From Enoplolaimus lenunculus (taxonomy: Eukaryota), in the NCBI GenBank assembly GCA_030248215.1, contig JASANG010000440.1, positions 62,001-126,000 on the forward strand: a DNA stretch of 64,000 nucleotides, read 5' to 3'. Positions 24,823 through 39,182 of this stretch are shown here, piece by piece. Made by a program: the position numbers and the translations under genes. The notes beneath the pieces are model-generated. The model was not told where the DNA came from and searched no databases. It saw nothing but the letters and a program-made list of their open reading frames with translations. The stretch's first letter is position 1. Every line of letters begins with the position of its first letter.

Positions 24823-27372
24823 TAGTGACAGCGCTCAAAATGACACTCGTGATATTTACACTGAAAACTTGATGACAAAAGATTACATTGAAAACGTTGG
24901 CCAAGTTTGATCGATCATAACTCATTCATTTTGAACAACAGCAAAATAAAATCAAACAGAAAGCTTCTAAGAAGAATCCGTTGGAAAATAATATTGTTTT
25001 TACATTTTACAGAACACAAAATACCGTCATTAATGTCGAATGACGCAGACAATTTGGTAAGAGAAAACTCAAAAAAGAATAAAACACCAATTTCATAGTT
25101 TATTTGACAACTTTTAATGAAAGCATAAATCTACCGTAATCGGGACCATATTCCAACCGCTGAGTCTTGAGCCAAACTGTAATTTTGTATATTTTGAAAT
25201 ACAGCACCGGTTGCTTTCACATTTGGTATTTTTAAGGCAGCCTATGTAGAAGAACAGGGTCGGATCAGTAGAATAAGCATATTCCTAAGCCTAAGTCGAT
25301 TAAGCGATAAGAAAAGCATATTACTAATCCCACGCCTAAGCCTATTAAAAGCGTACGGTACGGATGAACATATTTCTAAGCTTAAGCCTATTAAGCCTAA
25401 GCTTATTAAGCGTAAAAGATGAGCCTGTTCCTAATCCTAAGCCTAAGCCTAGGCCTAAGCAAAAATGTTAGTCAAAATCTGATCCTGACTCTATTACAGC
25501 TCCCCAATAAAACGATCTGACCCTGTTTTATACGCGGGGCTTTGGCGGTCAGCCGAATGCTGAATGTTCCATTTTGTGGTATCATAGCAGTTGCATGCGA
25601 AAGTTATTTTCTCAAGCAACTGTAGCGAACATGAAATTTTTCAACGTCTGTAGCATCCGGTAGGATAAACTGGTAAATGTGGTTATTTTTAACTATTTTT
25701 AGAGAATTTCTGCATCTTATGGAATTTTATTGAATTTAATATCTGCAGCGCGATGATTACCTGTGTTCCGGACAACGCATAGAGTATGACCGAACAGCTG
25801 TATAAGCATACTGCCAATGTTACTTTTAAGGGCACAACAATAGATTAAGCGTATCCCTAAGCCAAAGCCTAAACCTAAGCGTTGCAAAAATGTGTTTCTA
25901 CGCCTAAGCCTAAGCCTAACCAAAAAATGTAATCTAGAACCTAAACCCACTCTTTAATAGACCCACCAGAAACCTGGCCGCCCTTAAAGTAACATGGGCC
26001 CTTACCAGCATACTTATAAGCTTAAGTCGAAGCCTAAGCGTAAATTTAACGATAAGCTTATACATAAGCCTAAGCAAAAATATAAGCTTAAACTTGTCTT
26101 ACTGCAGTCCTGCTATTTACTTACGGTCCAGATAAACTTAAAATTTTCCGTTTGTATAATCTTTTCACAATATTTCCTTTCCAAATATGACATCTTCAGC
26201 AGCATCAGGTCGATGCCGACTCGACTCGCGATTATTCCACACTGAATCGAACCAAAAACTAAAACGGGCAGAACGAACAACAGTTTTTTCTTTTTGATTA
26301 TTTATTCATCTGAGACGTATGTTTGAAGTACAGCTGATTCTGTGAAAAGATTTATTTATTCATCAACTTTTTTTTGCCTGAAACAACCATTCTGGTTGGT
26401 GTTGTCGCTGGACACAAGTTTGACGCCTGTTCTCGCATGACGTCTTATCATGTGTTTGGCCAATGTTAATACTTTGAGGGGCGTAACAGTAGATTAAGCG
26501 TATTCTTAAGCATAAGCGTTGCAAAAATGTGTTCCTAAGCCAAACCTAAGCAAAATATGTAACCTGGAATGTAAACAAACTCTTTTATAGCCCCACCAGA
26601 AACTTGGACGCCCCTTAAAGTAACATAGCCCGTGTGTTTTAATCGTAGTTTCAGGCCTACGTTGAGATTTGGGTTAAGGCTTAGGCTTGGGCTGAGGTGG
26701 GCCATAGTAACTTACATATGCAGTGCTCTTATACACTTTTCACCTTAATTTCCATTCGGGTTTAGGTTTAGGAAAATGCTTGAATGCGTCCAAAGCCTTT
26801 ACCTGGGAGTTGACCTAACCCAGCGGGTTTAGGATAATTGGTCTCAAGCTCATATTCAGTGATTAACAGCTTTGAGTTTTTTAAAACGGTAAGAAAAGCG
26901 GATTGCTCCCTGTGCCAGGGTACAACAGTGCTGGTTTAATATCAAGTGTTAAGCTTGGATTAGGCGGCTTTATAATTTGAATGACTCATGTTACTTTTAG
27001 GCACATCCAGGTTTGTGGTAGGTCTATAAAAGAGTATGTTTAGATTCTAGATTACGTTTTTTTGCTTAGACTTAGGTTATGGCGTAGGCTTAGGAATACG
27101 CTTACTGTTACGCACCTAAAAGCAACATCGGCCATTTGAATTATACTTCAGAATCACACTTGGAACATAGGATTGGGATGTGTTCTGTGCCAGGAATGCA
27201 ACCAGCAAATCATATTGGGATCTGCTAAAATATTTCATTGGCAAACGTAATTTCTTTCAGTTTACAAGCGAGAATCCATTTTAAACCGGACTGATACAAA
27301 TATCTTAGCCTCGCTTACCTGGTTTAATATTTAAGAAAATTTTTGTTACTCGGACTGTTCTTGACCCACCAT

Positions 27373-27786
27373 CAGGGTGCAACCGGAATTCCGGTTCCGG
27401 TAGGGAAATCCGGTATTTTTCACTAACCGGTTTCGGTATGGAAGCCTGGTATTTTTTCATCGGAATTTTCCGGTATTTTCGGTATTGAATATTTTTCTCT
27501 CATTCGAAAATTTAAGAAAAATTGACATATTCTGACTTATTTCTCTCAAATTGTTCGTGCGTGTACTGGCGAAATTTCAATTTGTGCCATACTCAAAAAT
27601 TTATCATATGTTTTTACCTACTGCATTAACGCGATAAAATAGCGCTTAAAATGAATTTTTCGGTAACAAACATTTTTTATTTTCCGGTTCCGACTCCAGT
27701 TCCGGTTCCGGTATTTTTTTAACTTTCCGGTTCCAGTATTTTTTAATTTTCCGGTTCCGGTATTTTATAATCCCGGTTTCACCCTG
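27373..27786. mobile_element. hAT-like MITE (family D)
   Basis: CAGGGTGCAACCGG / CCGGTTTCACCCTG termini; TSD CCCACCAT/CCCATCAT; internal TTCCGG repeats. Relics at ~2812, 3420-3880, 5610, 7570, 12360-12790, 17485, 37453. Confidence 0.85.
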
Positions 27787-28277
27787 CCCATCATATATAT
27801 GAGCACACCTGTTATGCCAACGGAAATTTGATATTCCTTGATTGCGTGCCAAGTTCGACTTAGTTTATATTCAATGGATGCATACCTGCAGTTAGAAAAA
27901 TATACTTTTTTGCGTTTTATGTTTCGAAATTTTTAAAATTTTTAACTTCAATTCGATACATTGAATTTGACTACTTTTAAAATACCTAAAACCAAGGGTG
28001 GATGATAAGAGTGTGCAACTTCCAAAAATACGCATGGCATAAAAAGAACCACTGCCCGATGTGGTTTGCCCATAAACCCCCTTTAATTTGGGGGGTCAAC
28101 TGCACACAGAACTCAGATAAACTTAAATCAAGAATATAATCGCACAAAGTTTGCACTGTGTATCGCAACAGTATTTGCCTGCGTTCAAAATTTCGACACC
28201 CCCTTAAATGAGGTGGGTAAGGGAATAATGCAACGGGTGCCAGGTACATTCTTTTGTACACAGGAAAAACTCAGTTG

Positions 28278-28477
28278 CACTGCAAAGCATGGTGAGTCAA
28301 ATTGACTCTCTCGGAAATGGACTTTTCCTGACTACACAAACTGAGTCAAAATTCGACTTCACCCGAGTCAAATTCGCCTCAATTGGACTGTGGCGGAGTC
28401 GAATTTTGACTCAATTTGTGTAGTCCCAAAAAGGTTATTTCGGAGAGAGTCAATTTGACTCATTATTTTCTGCAGTG
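28278..28477. mobile_element. Family B MITE
   Basis: Palindrome; TSD TG. Confidence 0.88.
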
Positions 28478-30712
28478 TGCACACTCTTGCTAAAACCTTA
28501 TCATCAACTACAAATGGACTGTTGACAATGCTGGTCCATAAAATTGTACCAAATTTAAGCATCCGTTTTAGGTTACGGCTGTGTTGGGCCCAATCCCAGC
28601 TACCAAAAATAGGCAATCAACAGAGAGAAAGACACGTTTATGATGCATTTCTTTTAAGAAACGACAGAATTTATTTATAGACATTTTCCCTTTATTCGCA
28701 ATCTGAATTCGAAATATCAAAACTTTGTTGCGGTTTTGTATTCCGAAGGAATAATTTTATTAAATTCTCAGCGAATGTTGGTCTCTCATTTTTGGCTTTT
28801 TTACTTTTCGTTTCATTTATTGGCCAAAATAAAGATCACAGGCGGAACGTTTTTCTGTGGAACAAAAAACAAACAACACAAACAACAACAAACAACACCA
28901 AAAGTTTAAGTTAAACCTTCCAGTAGTTAGAACAAAAAAAACATGCAACAGAGTTAAATAAGATTAAGCTTTTAGAGAGTATACTAATTTTTTCGCTTGG
29001 CTTAGGCTTAGGCTAAGGTTTAGGAAGGAATATGCACATTCTTACGCTTGGGCTTAGACTTAGGCTTAATAGTCTTACGAATATGCTCATTCTTTACGCT
29101 TAGGCTTTGGCTTAGGTTTAGATTTAGGCTTTGGGAATACGCTTATAATACTGTTCCGCCCAGTTCTTTACATTGGCCCATATATTTTAATTTGTTTAAT
29201 CATCTGTGAGACTTGAACGTTTGGTACAACTCTTTTTTTGCATTTTAACATTTAATGTTTAATTTAATGCCGCTTTTCACTATAAATTTCTTTTACCCAA
29301 AGGTCTCTCTGCAGTTGTTGACAATCAAATTTGTTCAAAAAATATTCCAAAATATTTATTCATTTCAATTTCAATCTTGTGGCCATCACAACGATTTAAA
29401 ACCGCGTTCCACAATTTGAATTTAAAAAAGTTTCATTTCAGAAAATATGATTTGTGGTTTTGATTTTCGATTTTGTTCTAGTTACCCAGTATTCTGCTAT
29501 ATTTACTAAAAATACAAATATTCAAACGGCGCCGCGCCGAAGTATTTGATTGGACGACGGCCGGGACCAAAATCCACGGCTATAATCATTGGTTATTTCC
29601 AGTTTCCGATAATGGTGGCTTGTGAAAGCTGAGTGATCCATTGATTAATGGTATTGCAGAAAAAATAATTTTTGTTTTAAAATATAAAAATCGGGTTTTA
29701 ATCTAAAATACAAACCAACTCCGGTTAGAAAAATTGGAGTTTCTAAAAATCTGTATTGAAAAAAATAAAATTGAATCTGGTTGCAGTTAATGTTGCAAGC
29801 TTTTGTCGACCAACAGGCTTAATCTTTTCCCGCATGAAACGTACTATTGGCAATTAGTGTTAATTATTATACGAAATTTCAAACAGTGAAAATCACAGCA
29901 AAAAATTTTTGGTAATTCAATCAAACAGGTATAAAGTAGATCAGGTAAATCATAAATCCCTGACACTTTTAGGCGTACGAACTACGAATTTTATAGTTTT
30001 ACATAAACTAAAAACACTGTAAATTCCAGTGAGTTGATTTTAACTCAGAATGAGTTGAATCCATTAACAGATCTGAGCTCTGAATTTGGTCTTTCTGAAA
30101 TCAGAACACTGAATTGATTACGAACAGTAAATGTTTTGATTCAGTGATCATACATTGGCAAATAACCTTCTTTAGCAGTGATTGGTGTACGGGTAAAAAA
30201 TATAATTTCCGCGAGTAAAAAACACAGCGGGGGTAAAATATTCGTTACCCACGTGAACCTCTGGTCTGGCATTGTGCCGCTTTCTACCGGTTTGTATTAA
30301 TTTATTACCCGTTCATCAATCAGTTTTGGGTGTTTTTTCACAATTGCTTTTCATGCAATGTTTGCATTCCTGATGTTGCATTATAATTTAGGCTTTACTG
30401 AGATAAATGTGCATTTAGGGAATATCCAACAAAAACAATATTATACCAGTTAGAATGTGTTTTATTATAAGGTCCCTGGTGGCCATGGATTGAAAATGTT
30501 CCAAACATTTAGCGTGAATCTACGCAAATTCTAATTCTACCGTAAAAGCCTAAACGCAAACGCAAGCCTAATTCCCTACCTTAAATGAATAATAAGCCTA
30601 AGAGAGAAAACCGCTGGGAATGCCCAAGGTCTACAACTTTAAGCTGTTGTACGAGAATATAAGCCTAATCCAAAAGCTAAGCGTAAAAGTAAGCATTATA
30701 TCCTGTGCTTAA

Positions 30713-30975
30713 CCCTTTCTCACATGAATATTTTCTATTTCCCCTGAGACCTACTTGTATGCTAGGATTCGAACTCCAGTGACCGGAGTGGGAGGCGTAT
30801 ACCATCACCACTCAGCTGTAGGAGCTTGACTCTCGAGCTCGAGGGGGCTCTCACGTCTTGTGGTGATTTAGTACTATGTATACGTGTTGCAATTGTTAAA
30901 CACGGTGCGATATATATTATTTACCGTATATACACTGCTCTGCGTTGCTTACAGGCAACTCAATGTGAGAAGGGG
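30713..30975 (-). mobile_element. Family C piggyBac-like MITE, opposite orientation
   Basis: TTAA TSD, same TIRs, reverse-complement homologue of 18547-18806. Confidence 0.9.
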
Positions 30976-31182
30976 TTAAACCTGTTCAATGCACTGGACG
31001 TTGTCTGATGCGAAAGAAGAATCAAGAATCAAATATTATTTTAGCCATGTAAATTTGGTTTCATTTCGCACTGCTATTTTTGGTTTAAACCCAACAAAGT
31101 TTGGTTATTTTCAAATTATAAATTAAATTTAACAAAACAGTACCAATTTTGAAAAATTTCAACCGTAAATAGTTTCGGGATT

Positions 31183-31396
31183 CGGTCAATGTAAAGAACA
31201 GGGGCAGAACAGTATTATAAGAATATGCCTAAGCCTACGCATAAGCCTAAACCTTAGCGTAAGAATGAGCGCGTTCCTAAGCCTAAACCTCTGCCAAAGC
31301 CTAAGCCTAAGCCAAGCAGAAAACAAGTCTAAAGCTTAAGCTAACTGTATTGCAGTCTCACAGAAAAACGTTCCGCCCCTGATCTTTAAATAGGCC
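31183..31396. mobile_element. Family A MITE, subtype 1
   Basis: TIRs; TSD CGGGATTC/CGGGATAC. Confidence 0.88.
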
Positions 31397-33121
31397 CGGG
31401 ATACGATGATGCGTAGGCAATCAGTAAACATTTACAGATTTGCAGCGAAAAATGCTGATTGCAATGAAAAATAATCAGTGTTTTTAGGTTGTTGGAATCA
31501 ATTTTTGCCCGTTTGCGACGACGGAAAAGGTGAAATAACTTTGATAGTAAATTTTAAACTTTATTTGACTAAAATGACCCATGTATAGATTGGAGCCAAA
31601 CCATTTTTCGTTGGAGTTAAGTTCAAGGTTTAGACTATTAATTTTGTACTTAGACTTAGTCTTAGGAATACGTATGGGAATTTGTTATATTAATAGTTTA
31701 GATTTGAATATTGAAAACGCGACACTGCCCAAAATACTGCAAACGAGAACGGAAAATAAATACGTACTATGATTTTTTATCAGCTGTTGTCCATCTGTAC
31801 GCAGATCAGGGCCCATATTCTTAAATGCGTACAGCAACTATCATCAGTAAGTAATTGGTTTTCAAACTCACTAATTATTGCAGTTGTTTAACTCAAAATT
31901 GACGCAGGAGCAGAACAAATTATATGCGAAAAATGTGCTGAATTTTGAGCTTCATCATTCACTGACTGTAATGTTTCAAGACCTGAGACCAACTTGTCAT
32001 AGGTGCTACACACATTAATGCTCATGTTTGATGGCTAGACTTATATTTAAACATCTGTTTATCCTTATGGATAGTTTTTCATGGATCAGCACTTGCAGTG
32101 CCGGCGGAAGCGGCCCCAATCCACCCAATGGGCGACTCTTGGGGGTTCACTTTGGCAAACTAATTTTTTTTTCGCTGACTACAATTGTCTATGAATTATG
32201 TCAAAGTTGAGTTAGTTGAAAGGCGAGTATCCCTTGCATACGATATAATAAAATTTAATACTCAAAAAAGTCGTCAAACACAGTTGTATTCCTAAGTTTG
32301 ACCAATGGACAGTGTAAAACGACCGTAACAACTCTTACTTTACTGAGAATGGATCCGAATCGCTTATTCTACTCGTGCCATGGAATTTATATTTTGGTTC
32401 TGTTTTCACAGCCATAAAATCTGTAATGTTCCACTATAAAATCATGTTTCAGTCAAATTCTTGTACAAATGACAACGCATCTGTGCAAATATTATTTGTT
32501 TGAGCTGATTTTTGTAGATATTCAAAAAACAACGCTTTCTCTACTGTTGGAAATTAAACTAATTTAAACGTACGCAGTTCAATTAAATGTATTTAGTTTC
32601 CGACGATTCAAATATATTCAACATTTGAGTGCCTGTTTATGCATTGTTCAGCTGTAGAAGCATTTTTGTGTTGAAATTTTACTTTTCAACAGAAATCGTC
32701 TTTGTTTTTCATTTCGTCAATATATTAAAGCTGGAACGTCTCACATACGTATTTTTGGACAAGATTTCAGCGTAATTTGTTTACAATAGTTTCATTGCAA
32801 GACTAGGTTGTTGCATATTTATAAGAAATTTGTATACAACCTTTTATGTATTCGCTAACGTTTTTGAATATTGCGCAAAGTTCAGTCGACAAGGATTTAA
32901 TATTTTTCACTGTAAATGTAGCCGTATTTCTCAAGATTTGCGTAAAATTTTGGATGTAAAAAATTGAAAAATTATTAATATTTAAATAAGTCAATTTGTT
33001 TTAAATGATTTTCCAACCATGAACTCAATTCGTAAGCAACTAATTACCACCTTTAAACGAGTTTGGCTGTCTTCGTGCTGCAGTTGCTTAGATATACTCT
33101 TGAGTATTTGTTGTGCTATCT

Positions 33122-33326
33122 GGCCAATGTAAAGAACAGGGGCGGAACAGTATTATAAGTATATTCCTAAGCCTAAGCCTAAGCCTTAGCCTAAGCGCAA
33201 GAATGAGCATATTTCTAAGCCTAAACCTAAGCCTAAGCCAAACAAAAATAATTAGTCTAAAGCTTAAGTTTTACTCTATTGCAGTTCTACAGAAAAGCGT
33301 TCCGCCCCTGATCTTTACATTGGCCC
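33122..33326. mobile_element. Family A MITE, subtype 1
   Basis: Near-perfect 27-bp TIR; TSD TGCTATCT/CGCTATCT. Confidence 0.9.
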
Positions 33327-33563
33327 GCTATCTTTATGACCCATGAAACTTTATAAAGCTACGAGGTGGCATTTATTGCAGCTGTAATTTTCAAGTCCAA
33401 TTTATTGCTAAAAATCAATAACATTAACGTGTAACTGCAAGCATTACGATTTATTTTGATCTTTTGCAATTTTTGTTGCAATTCCTTCTCTTTTGAAATT
33501 ATGCTAACTTTGAATGAGCAATTGCTTAGATTTGTAGCAGCGAAATTTTGCTCGTGTGAATCC

Positions 33564-33799
33564 GACTTGGAAAGTATTTACGCCATTTTTTGTTCGCCAG
33601 TGAAACGAATTAAAGTAAAATTGCGCATTTAATCAGTAGATCGTAAACCATAATAAATGAGTGATACATCCAGGAAGGTGTGACTTGGAAAGTATTTACG
33701 CCATTTTTTGTTCGCCAGTGAAACGAATTAAAGTAAAATCGCGCATTTAATCAGTAGATCGTAAACCATAATAAATGAGTGATACATCCAGGAAGGTGT
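33564..33799. repeat. 118-bp direct tandem duplication
   Basis: Two adjacent copies differing at one position that I can see. Confidence 0.92.
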
Positions 33800-33919
33800 A
33801 TAGAAACATAGAAATATTATAAATTTATAGAAAATATCTTATTTATCATTTAATTATTCAAATGTTATCGAAACCAGGTTAATTTTAAATTAAGAGATTT
33901 GAGATTAACAGGTGCAGTA

Positions 33920-34131
33920 CAATGCAAAAAATGGTGAGTCAAACTGACTCTCTCCGCAATAGGCTTTACGGAATTACACAAACTGAGTCGAATTCGACTC
34001 CACCAGAGTCAAATTCAACACACTTAGTCGAACGTTTGACTATGGTGGAGCCGAATTTGACTCAGTTTGTTTTAGTCCCGTTGAGCCTATTGCGGAGAGA
34101 GTCAATTTGACTTACAGTTTTTTTTGCAGTG
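33920..34131. mobile_element. Family B MITE
   Basis: Palindrome; TSD TA. Confidence 0.88.
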
Positions 34132-34731
34132 TAAGACCATACCCGTATTTAATTGGTCAAAATGTCCACTCGTCTTAGAAGCACAAAGACTTTGGTATCA
34201 AGGCAATTCGGATCAAGTTTGATACCATAAAATGATGTCAATTCGGTCAAACATTTTTTGACTGATTTTTAGAAACAGACTCCTGAAATGAAACCGCTTA
34301 AGAAAACCGGTAGTTCCAGCCGGGTGACAAATAAACCGATGCATTCAATGTGTGTATTTATTTGCTTTGATGTATGGCGCTTATTCGTTTTTAAGTTTAT
34401 TGTTTCCGGGTTTAAAATTAATCGGTGGCCGAATGTTTTTCTTGCTGCTAAACAATTTGTTATTTACCAAAAACCCGTGATTTACGTCGCGGAAAAGATT
34501 AACTTTTATTCAGTTTCCTGAGGTTCCAAATCCCTTTTTCTGTAGTTTGTGTACTGTGACCAACGCGGCGTCAGTTGTCTCTATGCAAAATAATACACAA
34601 TGCACAGTGTTTAACAATTAGTTGTTACGAGTATTGTACCATAGAAAATATTTACTAGACGAGATAGCTAAAGTGGGCTTAAGTGTGATGCTCTTACTCG
34701 AGCGATGACGTAAATGTCTCTTATTCGTAAA

Positions 34732-35235
34732 CCCATGATTCAAATTCAAGTTTTAAATTCCATGATTCAAGTCAGAGTTTTGAATTCCATGATTCAAATC
34801 CAAGTTTTGAATTCCATGATTCAAATCCAAGTTTTGAATTCCATGATTCAAATCCAAGTTTTGAATTCCATGATTCAAGTCAGAGTTTCGAATTTCATGA
34901 TTCAAATTCAAGTTTTGAATTCCATGATTCAAATCCAAGTTTTGAATTCCATGATTCAAATCCAAGTTTTGAATTCCATGATTCAAATCCAAGTTTTGAA
35001 TTCCATGATTCAAATCCAAGTTTTGAATTCCATGATTCAAATCCAAGTTTTGAATTCCATGATTCAAATCCAAGTTTTGAATTCCATGATTCAAATTCAA
35101 GTTTTGATTTCCATGATCAAATCCAAGTTTTGAATTCCATGATTCAAATTCAAGTTTTGAATTCCATGATTCAAATCCAAGTTTTGAATTCCATGATTCA
35201 AATTAAAGTTTTGAATTCAATGACTCAAATGCAAG
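34732..35235. repeat. 27-bp minisatellite, ~18 copies
   Basis: Unit CCATGATTCAAATCCAAGTTTTGAATT. Confidence 0.97.
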
Positions 35236-38113
35236 TTGACATTGGCTTAAGTATAAATCCAGGATCTCCGGAAATCACCGCGTACAAACAGCCGTATGTC
35301 ACATGATGCCGCGGGGCATTTATGAGAATATCATATATTCTGAAATTCTACCGAATATCACGTGATATTATGCAGAACTGTCACATCAGGATAGCAGACA
35401 ATTTCAATTAAACGTGAACGCCGCATTAAATATATCACATACAGGTACTACAAAACGGAATAAACGTGAATTACAGGTGTCTTGGTTTAAGGTATCTGGA
35501 TATTTGGATGTTTTGACACAAAACATCTCTCATAAACTGGCAATATTTGACGCAAAAAAGCCAAACGCAATTTTAACATAAAATTCTAATTCAAACTTTG
35601 GTTGTGATCCCTGTTAAAGACGAAGGACTTGATTGGCCAATTTGGAATCCGTCAGCTTCCAAGTTCAACATTTAACGAATGTATTGCATTTAGTTTACTC
35701 TGCACAAAATATCATGTTTGCATCTCTTGCAATTTCGATATTTCAATATCGCATTCTATTAAAACTGGTAAAACTGAGTACCTCACACAGTGGCGAATAC
35801 CGTAGCTTAAGCTGTGACAGTGGTATCAGAGTTCGAAGGCCGATATCTGTCCAGAAAACACGGCGATATTTCCCGATAATTTAGTTTTCACACAAAATAC
35901 GTTTTGTTTTACATTTTCGCTTAAGTGCTTATAATCCAGTGGCTAAACGGCCAAATCCTAAAAGTCATTCGATCTCGTGGGTATACAAGCTTATTAAAAC
36001 GCTTAATGGCTTTACTGTGTTGTCTCTGGTTCTCGGTTTTATAACAAGGATCCGTATTCAGTTGTAGAATTTAAGCGAATGGAGTTGTTTTGTGATTTGG
36101 CAAATTATTTCAATTTGATTTTGCTCTGTTACTGCACACCGAATTTTCACAGTGTGTACTGGATACAATAGACGCGAAGCACGAAGTGACCCGAGGCATA
36201 TGCTACGTTGTGTAGGTATTTGGCGACACAGTCAACAATGTATCTTAGTTTGAGTAGTCTAAACAACGATATACCTATACAGTTGTTGGGTATTTTGGAT
36301 TATCCCATCAGCCCGCGTTTGCTCAAAGTTGTCGGATTTTTAAATTTTTTGCATATTTGATTTTCAAATGATTTGCCCTGATCATTTCACGCCCAAATTT
36401 GAATTTTTGAAAAATTCTATTTTTAAGGTCCTTTAGGTCCCCTCTTGGCACCCACAAATTTTTTTGTCCAAAAGTTTAACAAATCATTATATCATTCGAT
36501 GCAGCTTGCGGAGCTGAGTCCTATGGTATTAAATGTTTTGCAATCAGACGATTGGTTGACGAGTTATTGTCAAATAACTGATTTGGCGCGCTGCCAACGA
36601 TTTGGGTCGGCGCTAAATCAGGTATTTTACAATTATTCGTTAAAGAATCGTCTGAGTGAAAAAATTTAACATCATTGAACTCAACTCTTCAAGATGCTTC
36701 GACTGATATATAATTTGTCAAACTTTTTGAAACTTTTTTGGGTCCCAAGGGGAAGCCTATTTCGGAGAGAGTCAATTTGACTCACCGTCTTTTGCAGTGA
36801 CATCTTGACATCATTTATACTTTACCTGAAATTATAACCTATTAATACTTGATTGTTTGCTTTTGCCAATCTGGTCACATTTTGGTTCGCGCATCTGTGT
36901 AAAAATAGCCAAAGCCAAATGTTCCCAATACATTTATTCCACGGCGCAATAAAATATTTCTCATGGGAGATTTGGTATTAAGTATTATTTTATAAGAATA
37001 TTCATCTCATTTAATATGTTTATCGACACAAAAGACGTCAAGTTTGAAAGTTTTCGTTGTTTTTATGCTTAAAAGTTTACGGTTGGCCTATGATGGGATC
37101 AATGCTGACATTGGGAGCAAACGTTTTAAATTTCCTACAGAATCCGTAAAACACCAATTTTGCATGCTTTAAAACTCTGTTGTATTTTAGCTGGAAATGG
37201 AAAAATCCCGGTTCATATTCGCCCGCAAACATACATTTAGCGTTTTTTTTAATTTCGGATTCATTTTGGAATTTCAAATTGAAAAAATTGCAACGCCTTT
37301 GATTTTTACGTCAAATTTGTGATTTTACCGATTAAATTGAAATCCTCCAATAGAAAATTAAAATTCATTGCATTTCATTTTTACTCCTGTGACGCACAAT
37401 TTTACATCCGTAGTATTCGTAGTTCAATTGTATTAGAGACGACTAGTAGTTTCAGGGTGCAACCGGAGGTGAACAATACCAGAACCGGAAGTCAACAAAC
37501 TTGCCGGAACCGGAGGTGAGGCGAAATTTGGTAGTAAATGATGGTTAGTTAATTTTAGCCAATATTTGCAAATTGTTGTTAAGTCGTTCGGTTTTACGCT
37601 AAATTTTCTGCAAAATTTCGGAAATTCTTTCCTGAAAATTGTGACAAAAGTAAAACGAAACACAGATAAATTTCGCAAAATCATGCAAAATTTTACTACT
37701 GAAATTGCCGGAACCTCCGGCAAAAATTCTACCGGAGCCGGAAGCAGATCTCTGTAGCTGCTACACACATTTGAAAGTTCGGTTAGAGCTGACATATGAC
37801 CGTTTGCTCGAATATGAGCAATCCTTGGACTATCGCAATTGATAGAGTTTCAAACAACGGCATTCTCTCAATCAAGTTGCTGTTCTGTTAGCAAGTAAAA
37901 ATAAGCTAAAGAATCATGTTTTAAAAATGAAATACACATTCACGTTTCGAAAACAATCAGAAAACTCTCTTTCTACATACACTAAATTTTTTTACTTAAA
38001 ATAGCATTCAGAGACGTCAAATATTCATTTGAAAAGTTCTTCAGTTTACAAAAAAAGCGTTTTGAAAGATGCTGTTTGTTTGAAATGGCGTTTTATTTTT
38101 GACGCGATTCCTA

Positions 38114-38333
38114 CACTGCAAAAAATGGTGAGTCAAATTGACTCTCTCCGAAATAGGCTTTTCCGGACTGCACAAACTGAGTCAAATTCGAATCCACCAG
38201 AGTTCAATTCGACTCACTGGGCGATTCACTGGGTCGAATTTGACTATGGCGGAGACGAATTTTGACTCAGTTTGTGCAGTCCGGAAAAGCCTATTTTGGG
38301 GAGAGTCAATTTGACTCACCATTTTTTACAGTG
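38114..38333. mobile_element. Family B MITE (best preserved; half copy at ~36753-36799)
   Basis: Near-perfect arms; TSD TA. Confidence 0.9.
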
Positions 38334-38929
38334 TACGATCGCGAAATGTGCTAAATTTTAAAGTTTATTTTTCGCTGGTGGTTCACAACATATATCATGT
38401 ATTTATACAACCTATACACATTTGAGAATACGGACCCTGCGATATGACGGCCGTAAGTTCTTCAGAAAACAATTCAGTAACTATTAGCTATGTATTTCTT
38501 TAGTTGATAAAAGTTAGCGCAACCAATATCGAAGTTAATTATAAATGTTTACTGGAGCATATTGGACGCCTATCAAATTTACCAAATGCTAAGTTACGCG
38601 TCGCTTCTTTTCAGAAATAACTCTTTCAAGGTATACGAACCAGGTCATTTTCCGACCGGGGCTGTCAAATTCTGTCGAAAACGAAATAATTTCAAAATTA
38701 ATACTGGAATCGCGAAATGTTTTAGCCCTGAAAAAGACAATTTCGCCGAATCGGTGTTTGAAATCATATTAAAACAGTGAAACGTACCGTTTTGGGGCCA
38801 AATTATATCCAGGCACCAAACAGACCAACACATTGTGTTCACAGAAATATGTTAACGTTTTGTTTCGATTGGCACCGCATGAGCCAAATGGGGGCTCCAA
38901 GAGTTTAAAAATCCAAAACTTTGTATTAA

Positions 38930-39182
38930 CCCCTTCTCACATTGAGTTGCCGATAGGCAACTTAGCGCAGTGTATATACGTTAAATAGTATATATCGGAC
39001 CGTGTTTAACAATTGCAACACGTATACATAGTACTAAATCACCACAAGACGTGAGAGCCCCTCGGGCTAGAGCGTCAAGCTCCTATAGCTGAGTGGTGAT
39101 GGTATACGTCTCCCACTCCAGTCACTGGAGTTCGAATCCTAGCATACAAGTAGGTCTCAGGGGCAATAGAAAATATTCAGGG
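38930..39182 (+). mobile_element. Family C piggyBac-like MITE (right TIR partly deleted)
   Basis: TTAA TSD; A box TAGCTGAGTGG 39086-39096, B box GAGTTCGAATCC 39128-39139. Confidence 0.88.

Noticed and set aside
39080..39145. Functional tRNA gene
   Set aside because: A and B boxes are present but there is no convincing acceptor or anticodon stem; it is part of a repeated MITE.
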